Shown: positions 59,956 through 64,000 of the stretch, piece by piece
Position numbering within the stretch: position 1 is the stretch's first letter
Layout: each line of letters opens with the position of its first letter
Virus record (IMG/VR): IMGVR_UViG_2576861459_000003
Location: 1-64,000 of that record
DNA: 64,000 nt
Strand: one strand, 5' to 3'
From: an uncultured virus (IMG/VR IMGVR_UViG_2576861459_000003)
Taxonomy: Duplodnaviria; Heunggongvirae; Uroviricota; Caudoviricetes
Translations under genes and position numbers: made by a program
Notes under the pieces: model-generated
Told to the model about the DNA's origin: nothing
The model's database searches: none
Seen by the model: only the letters and a program-made list of their open reading frames with translations

Positions 59956-60636
59956 TCAAAGGAAATTCTTTATTCGATCCCAATCTTCTCTTTGTTTCTC
60001 TAAGGGCCTTGAACTTCGAGCCAACTTACCAATATGATAAACAGGGAACCACTTTGCTTCATTTATGATTATGGGTTCCTCGAACTTAATCACATCTCCT
60101 AAATGATTCGAGCATCTTATGTTATACACTCTTTTAACAGTCCTAAAGGGTTTTACTCCTAAGGTAATAATAATTTTAGGATTAACAATTTCAATTTCAT
60201 ATTTCAAAAAGTTTTCGCTACAATTCCTATACCAAGCAGATTTTGTTCTACCGGACAAGTTTTCTGTCTCTTTCATGCATAGTATTGCATTCGTCAAGTA
60301 TGTATCTTCTGGCCTGATACCTATAATAGCTAGCATTTCAATCAGTTTATTGTTTGTTGGATTTAATGGGTTCACTTGGCCCTTATTTCTAATAAATGCA
60401 TCTACATGACCCCAATCTTGTCCTATGATTAACACTTTAGCATTTAAATTGCCGTGCCATTTAGTCCAAGGATTTATGTGATTGGAATCATATCTCCCAT
60501 TTAGTATTACTGCCGGATTCTTGACTCCTTGACATAAAGTGCATTGTTTCCTGCGAAGAACTAATTCTCTGTACTTCCTATTTTTTGAGACTTGCCTTAG
60601 TGTATCAGACAAAAGATAACCACTCCTTTTGTTCAC
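59956..60636 (-). CDS. uracil-DNA glycosylase superfamily protein (family 4/5-like)
   Basis: CTLC, GQDWG, YLTNAILC, PKIIITLG, PVYH motifs. Confidence 0.82.
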   Translation of the reverse strand: MNKRSGYLLSDTLRQVSKNRKYRELVLRRKQCTLCQGVKNPAVILNGRYDSNHINPWTKWHGNLNAKVLIIGQDWGHVDAFIRNKGQVNPLNPTNNKLIEMLAIIGIRPEDTYLTNAILCMKETENLSGRTKSAWYRNCSENFLKYEIEIVNPKIIITLGVKPFRTVKRVYNIRCSNHLGDVIKFEEPIIINEAKWFPVYHIGKLARSSRPLEKQREDWDRIKNFL

Positions 60637-60690
60637 CTGAGTTAACCTACACTTTAAATAAGGTAATTATTTCAAGATCTCACTCTTTAT

Positions 60691-60822
60691 TTAAAGCCGT
60701 TTCCATTCAACATACTCAAATCTCTGTTGATAAAGGTCTTCCAGGATTGAAGCCCATTCAATCCAACCTTCAGCAACGATGCTTTTCTTCTCCCCATCCT
60801 CAATCCATTCAATCCAGTACAC
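60691..60822 (-). CDS. yopG: small Trp-rich protein (43 aa)
   Basis: Manually read ORF MYWIEWIEDGEKK...; size and synteny. Confidence 0.6.
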   Translation of the reverse strand: MYWIEWIEDGEKKSIVAEGWIEWASILEDLYQQRFEYVEWKRL

Positions 60823-60833
60823 CTGAACACTCC

Positions 60834-61049
60834 TCACCTAGTAATAACTTCAATTTGTCTTATGGCAGAAATGGCTTTAAACTCTGTATGCAGCTCGTTT
60901 GCGATCACTAAAGCTTCTGACATTGTAGTAAATTTAGAAGCGCCATGTAGCCCATTAGATAATATATAACCACTGCCATCTAATTTAAATGACTTGAAGT
61001 AATCATCATTTTCAAATTGAATAACAAAAAAGATATCGATAACCGGCAT
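60834..61049 (-). CDS. yopF: hypothetical protein (71 aa)
   Basis: Size and synteny. Confidence 0.6.
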   Translation of the reverse strand: MPVIDIFFVIQFENDDYFKSFKLDGSGYILSNGLHGASKFTTMSEALVIANELHTEFKAISAIRQIEVITR

Positions 61050-61051
61050 AG

Positions 61052-61303
61052 CTAACTCCTCTTCAAAAGACCACCAATTTTTATGGCCAGTGGTAGCAAT
61101 CCAATCAGTATGTAAAACACCATGATATTTATTTTATTTTTAAAGAACAGTTCAATCAAATTCTGCTCCATACCTGGTGAAAATGAATCAATCAGTTCCT
61201 GCTTAAACTCTTCATCATAAACCTGATCAACAAATAAGGCCTTAAATCCCGTTAGAAAGCCAACACCGAGCCAGAGTATTAAGAAATATGCTATTCCAAT
61301 CAA
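61052..61303 (-). CDS. yopE: two-TM membrane protein (83 aa)
   Basis: Size and synteny. Confidence 0.6.
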   Translation of the reverse strand: MIGIAYFLILWLGVGFLTGFKALFVDQVYDEEFKQELIDSFSPGMEQNLIELFFKNKINIMVFYILIGLLPLAIKIGGLLKRS

Positions 61304-61373
61304 ATTAAAGCCCTCCTTATATACATCGTCTGGTATTATAGTAGTGTTAAATACTTTGTGCAGGTGAAATTTA

Positions 61374-61556
61374 ATGGAAGAGAAAGATTTTGAGACGAAT
61401 GGTTTCGATGTAACAGTTGTGTATGATTATAAGGAGTATCCCGATGTTAAATATGGACGCTGTGACAACTGTGATTACGCTTTGTTCAAGAGTTCAGTGA
61501 AAAGTGGTGTGTTTTTACGTGAGTGTCGTAGGTGTGGTATGAAGAAGAGCATTTAG
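61374..61556 (+). CDS. small zinc-ribbon protein
   Basis: CDNC..CRRC; AGGTG RBS; terminator-like hairpin at its end. Confidence 0.65.
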   Translation: MEEKDFETNGFDVTVVYDYKEYPDVKYGRCDNCDYALFKSSVKSGVFLRECRRCGMKKSI

Positions 61557-61569
61557 TTTAATGCTCTTT

Positions 61570-61800
61570 TTATTTCACTGGATCCATGTAGCTTACATAT
61601 ACTTCAATTCCGTCTTCAGTTTTATATTCTGCAATCCTGTCTGGATCAGCTTCAATCTTCTCTATTAGTCGTTTCGCATCCTTGTTCCTCTTTGCAGTAT
61701 TGGAAACTACAATCCAAGACCAATAATTCCATTCAGAGATGCAAGACTTAATCTTTTCTGGTATCTTATGACCTCTTGTATAAACCTTGATCATTTGCAT
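61570..61800 (-). CDS. hypothetical protein
   Basis: ORF track, GGGGGAG RBS. Confidence 0.6.
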   Translation of the reverse strand: MQMIKVYTRGHKIPEKIKSCISEWNYWSWIVVSNTAKRNKDAKRLIEKIEADPDRIAEYKTEDGIEVYVSYMDPVK

Positions 61801-61818
61801 ACTCCCCCTGCCGGTTCA

Positions 61819-62046
61819 TTATTTAATCCAATTTGCTGGTGGAAAGCTCAATACTCGATGTTGTCCATCTAAATAAGCATGTTTCCTTTCCCAGGTACTT
61901 TTCTTCCATGCTTTTTGATTTGTATATGATGGATCTAATGGCTTTGGATATTCTCCGTTCACCCATCCATCTTCAATATGATTCAGTTTGGCTTCGGTAC
62001 CTTTATCATCGTATTTGTACCAGACAGTAATCATTTTGGCTGCCAT
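61819..62046 (-). CDS. hypothetical protein (start MAAKMI)
   Basis: ORF track. Confidence 0.6.
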   Translation of the reverse strand: MAAKMITVWYKYDDKGTEAKLNHIEDGWVNGEYPKPLDPSYTNQKAWKKSTWERKHAYLDGQHRVLSFPPANWIK

Positions 62047-62094
62047 ATGTTCACCTGCTTCCCTTAAAAACACAACTTTATTTTAATCTATTAT

Positions 62095-62574
62095 TCACTC
62101 ATCTATAAAATCACTCGCACACTGATAAAGCTTTTGATATATATCTTCATCAACTGGTGGCTCAATTTGCTTAACGCCATTTTCCACTTCACTATAACGA
62201 CGACCATCGTATGGATTTTTCTCCCATACAACTGGAATGGACACGTCTCTGTATTTAAAATATACACCGCCATCTTCAAACTCTTGTCTTTGAGTTAGGC
62301 CCACTGGGGCAATGTCAATAATTTCATCATCTAATTTCACCCACATGTGAAATTCATAAGGCGGATCCCATCTATAGGCCAAAGGAAGAATCATAGGATT
62401 GAAAATTAATTCACCTGCTTTTAGTTCAGCATTAATACCATACTTTTTTTGAAGCAACTCTTTTGTTAAATATGAAGTATATGCACATTTATCTCCAATC
62501 GACACTCTAAGTTTATTGAACGCAGTTATTATCCCTTCAACAATGTTTTTTTGCATACGCTCTTTTTCGTTCAT
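62095..62574 (-). CDS. hypothetical accessory protein with C..H.W..D pattern (possible transglutaminase-like fold)
   Basis: DKCAYTS, FHMWV, IIDI; bracketed by boundary repeats. Confidence 0.65.
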   Translation of the reverse strand: MNEKERMQKNIVEGIITAFNKLRVSIGDKCAYTSYLTKELLQKKYGINAELKAGELIFNPMILPLAYRWDPPYEFHMWVKLDDEIIDIAPVGLTQRQEFEDGGVYFKYRDVSIPVVWEKNPYDGRRYSEVENGVKQIEPPVDEDIYQKLYQCASDFIDE

Positions 62575-62621
62575 ATTGCCCTCCTACCAGGTCTTTGTTT
62601 ATTTTATTTAAAAGAATGATT

Positions 62622-63011
62622 TTATTCAGTAACACCATTTTCATATTCAAGGTTGTATGTTGCTATTTCGTGTACTCCTATATCCCCTGCAAAGTTTCCA
62701 TCCTCATGTTCCTGTTGTAAATAAACCTCTTTATCTTTTTCAAAGATTTCTCTTGCTTCATCTAATTCAGTTACAGCTTGCGATCCCATTCGATCTGTTA
62801 CAGTAAATACTAAGCACCGTTTTAACTCGGTACCATCTTTAAGGACTACGTCTGCCATGACGTACCCATTTGGCTTTAGTTCGCCAATTTCATTACGTCT
62901 TTTATCGATTGCCTCTTGAAGAACCACAGAAACAGTATTGTTATCAGACTCACTTAAAGCCATTTCTAATTCTTCAATTTCCTCAAGTAGTACTTGAATT
63001 TCCTCTCTCAT
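62622..63011 (-). CDS. hypothetical protein
   Basis: ORF track, AAGGAG RBS. Confidence 0.7.
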   Translation of the reverse strand: MREEIQVLLEEIEELEMALSESDNNTVSVVLQEAIDKRRNEIGELKPNGYVMADVVLKDGTELKRCLVFTVTDRMGSQAVTELDEAREIFEKDKEVYLQQEHEDGNFAGDIGVHEIATYNLEYENGVTE

Positions 63012-63039
63012 TCTTCATCTCTCCTTTTTAATATACGCC

Positions 63040-63414
63040 CTATGAAACCCATAAAAATTTCTCATTGTTGCACCTTAAATCACCTAAAATGGTTACAGCA
63101 TCGCCAATATCATACAAACAATCAAGGTATTCGTTTAAAGCATCTGCCCAGCTATCAAAATCGAATTCAGTAGATTCTTCACCATTTTCAATTGACTGTT
63201 TGATCCATTCAAAGTTCTCAACAACTATTTTAAAGTCATCTAGAAAAATTTCATCTAGAGCATTATTGTTTCCTTTTTCAATTCGTCGTTCTTCTTTCCT
63301 GAGTATGTATTTCAATTCAGAAAGCACATTTTTCGCAACCTCATGTACAGCATCATTTGTTTCTTTGTTTGTAAGGTATTGCTTGATATTAATTTGATTT
63401 CTCCATTTCGGCAT
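63040..63414 (-). CDS. hypothetical protein
   Basis: ORF track. Confidence 0.7.
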   Translation of the reverse strand: MPKWRNQINIKQYLTNKETNDAVHEVAKNVLSELKYILRKEERRIEKGNNNALDEIFLDDFKIVVENFEWIKQSIENGEESTEFDFDSWADALNEYLDCLYDIGDAVTILGDLRCNNEKFLWVS

Positions 63415-63475
63415 TTCTATATTCCCCTTTCATGTGTGGTTTTCACCTTCTAATTTTGTAAAAGTACGATTTTAT

Positions 63476-63853
63476 TTAAACATTGCATTTAATATATTCG
63501 TCAAAATCCGGAAAGATAAGCCAGTCATTTGTCATCAGCTCATCCACTTTTTGCAAAAATTCTTTTGATCTGCCTTTCAATTTAAAATCGCCGTCTCCTC
63601 CATAAAATTCGCTCAAGCCTTCATAACCGCCTGATTTGTAGTCTGATATAAAACATCTCCCATCAAAATTCCTATTGTTTCCTGCCTTTTCTGAATCTAT
63701 AATTGCACGAGTTTCTTCCTCTATTGCTTCAAAATTGTAACTCTTTGCAATCCGATTTACCTCTGTCAATCTGGAGATGATTTCATCTGACCAGTTACCC
63801 CTCACATCTCTTAGAAGTGCTTCCATTAAGATGATTTCTTCTTGCTTTATCAT
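63476..63853 (-). CDS. hypothetical protein (start MIKQEE)
   Basis: GAGGAGG RBS before ATG 63853. Confidence 0.65.
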   Translation of the reverse strand: MIKQEEIILMEALLRDVRGNWSDEIISRLTEVNRIAKSYNFEAIEEETRAIIDSEKAGNNRNFDGRCFISDYKSGGYEGLSEFYGGDGDFKLKGRSKEFLQKVDELMTNDWLIFPDFDEYIKCNV

Positions 63854-64000
63854 GGTCTTTCCTCCTCTAATTAAGTTTGTATTCCTACTCCATAACCTTC
63901 CCTTCAAGTACAACCTCACTTGCAGTCCAAGTGATCTCATTAACTCCATTCTCATCCATCAAGGTTTTCGCTTTACTATCCGCGCTCACTTTTAGGTCTT

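Larger units (their letters stand above)
1286..63474. repeat. dispersed gene-boundary inverted repeat TAAAA-N6-TTTTA (about 25 copies)
   Basis: Perfect copies start at 10488, 19100, 19801, 21486, 22459, 39400, 42064, 44887, 47023, 49969, 51448, 59033, 59929, 62609, 63459; variants at 1286, 2615, 2780, 4406, 12006, 18341, 23461, 46585, 47894, 62065. Confidence 0.85.
1..64000. mobile_element. SPbeta/phi3T-like temperate Bacillus phage or prophage, early/replication region (partial)
   Basis: Gene content and order match the SPbeta yop-yoq-yor-yos-yot series (arbitrium, sro operon, ligB, pghZ, DnaE operon, intron-containing nrdEF, sspC); no host housekeeping genes or att site seen. Confidence 0.97.

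Noticed and set aside
1286..63474. Repeat-spacer pattern as a CRISPR array
   Set aside because: Repeats are dispersed at gene junctions with kb-scale irregular spacing, and no cas genes are present
1..64000. tRNA/rRNA genes, IS elements and att sites
   Set aside because: None recognisable by eye; the prophage ends appear to lie outside the window

Overview
The whole window is the early/replication arm (cluster III, almost all on the minus strand) of an SPbeta/phi3T-like Bacillus (pro)phage. From right to left it carries: yopE-G and accessory genes; a phi3T-type arbitrium locus (aimR, aimP with predicted peptide SASRGA, aimX; the last two are missed by the ORF track); the sro lysogeny operon (phi3T_93/SroB-like protein, YopP tyrosine recombinase, YopQ, YopR/MrpR repressor) and yopS; many small accessory ORFs; ligB/yoqW; pghZ/yorA; the replication operon (yorF-yorL with DnaE); nucleotide metabolism genes (dNMP kinase, nucleotidase, class Ib nrdI-nrdE-nrdF interrupted by three group I introns, redoxin, dUTPase, ThyA, DHFR); sspC and yot genes. 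The most striking unexplained signal is a 16-bp inverted repeat TAAAA-N6-TTTTA with a different 6-nt spacer each time. About 25 copies were found by eye, all at gene boundaries in the accessory regions. This suggests a cassette-like gene acquisition or shuffling system, with the catalytically intact YopP as candidate recombinase (hypothesis only). A second oriented 15-mer (SPBRE-like) sits just upstream of six sigma-A promoters. All calls were made by eye; no database searches were run.
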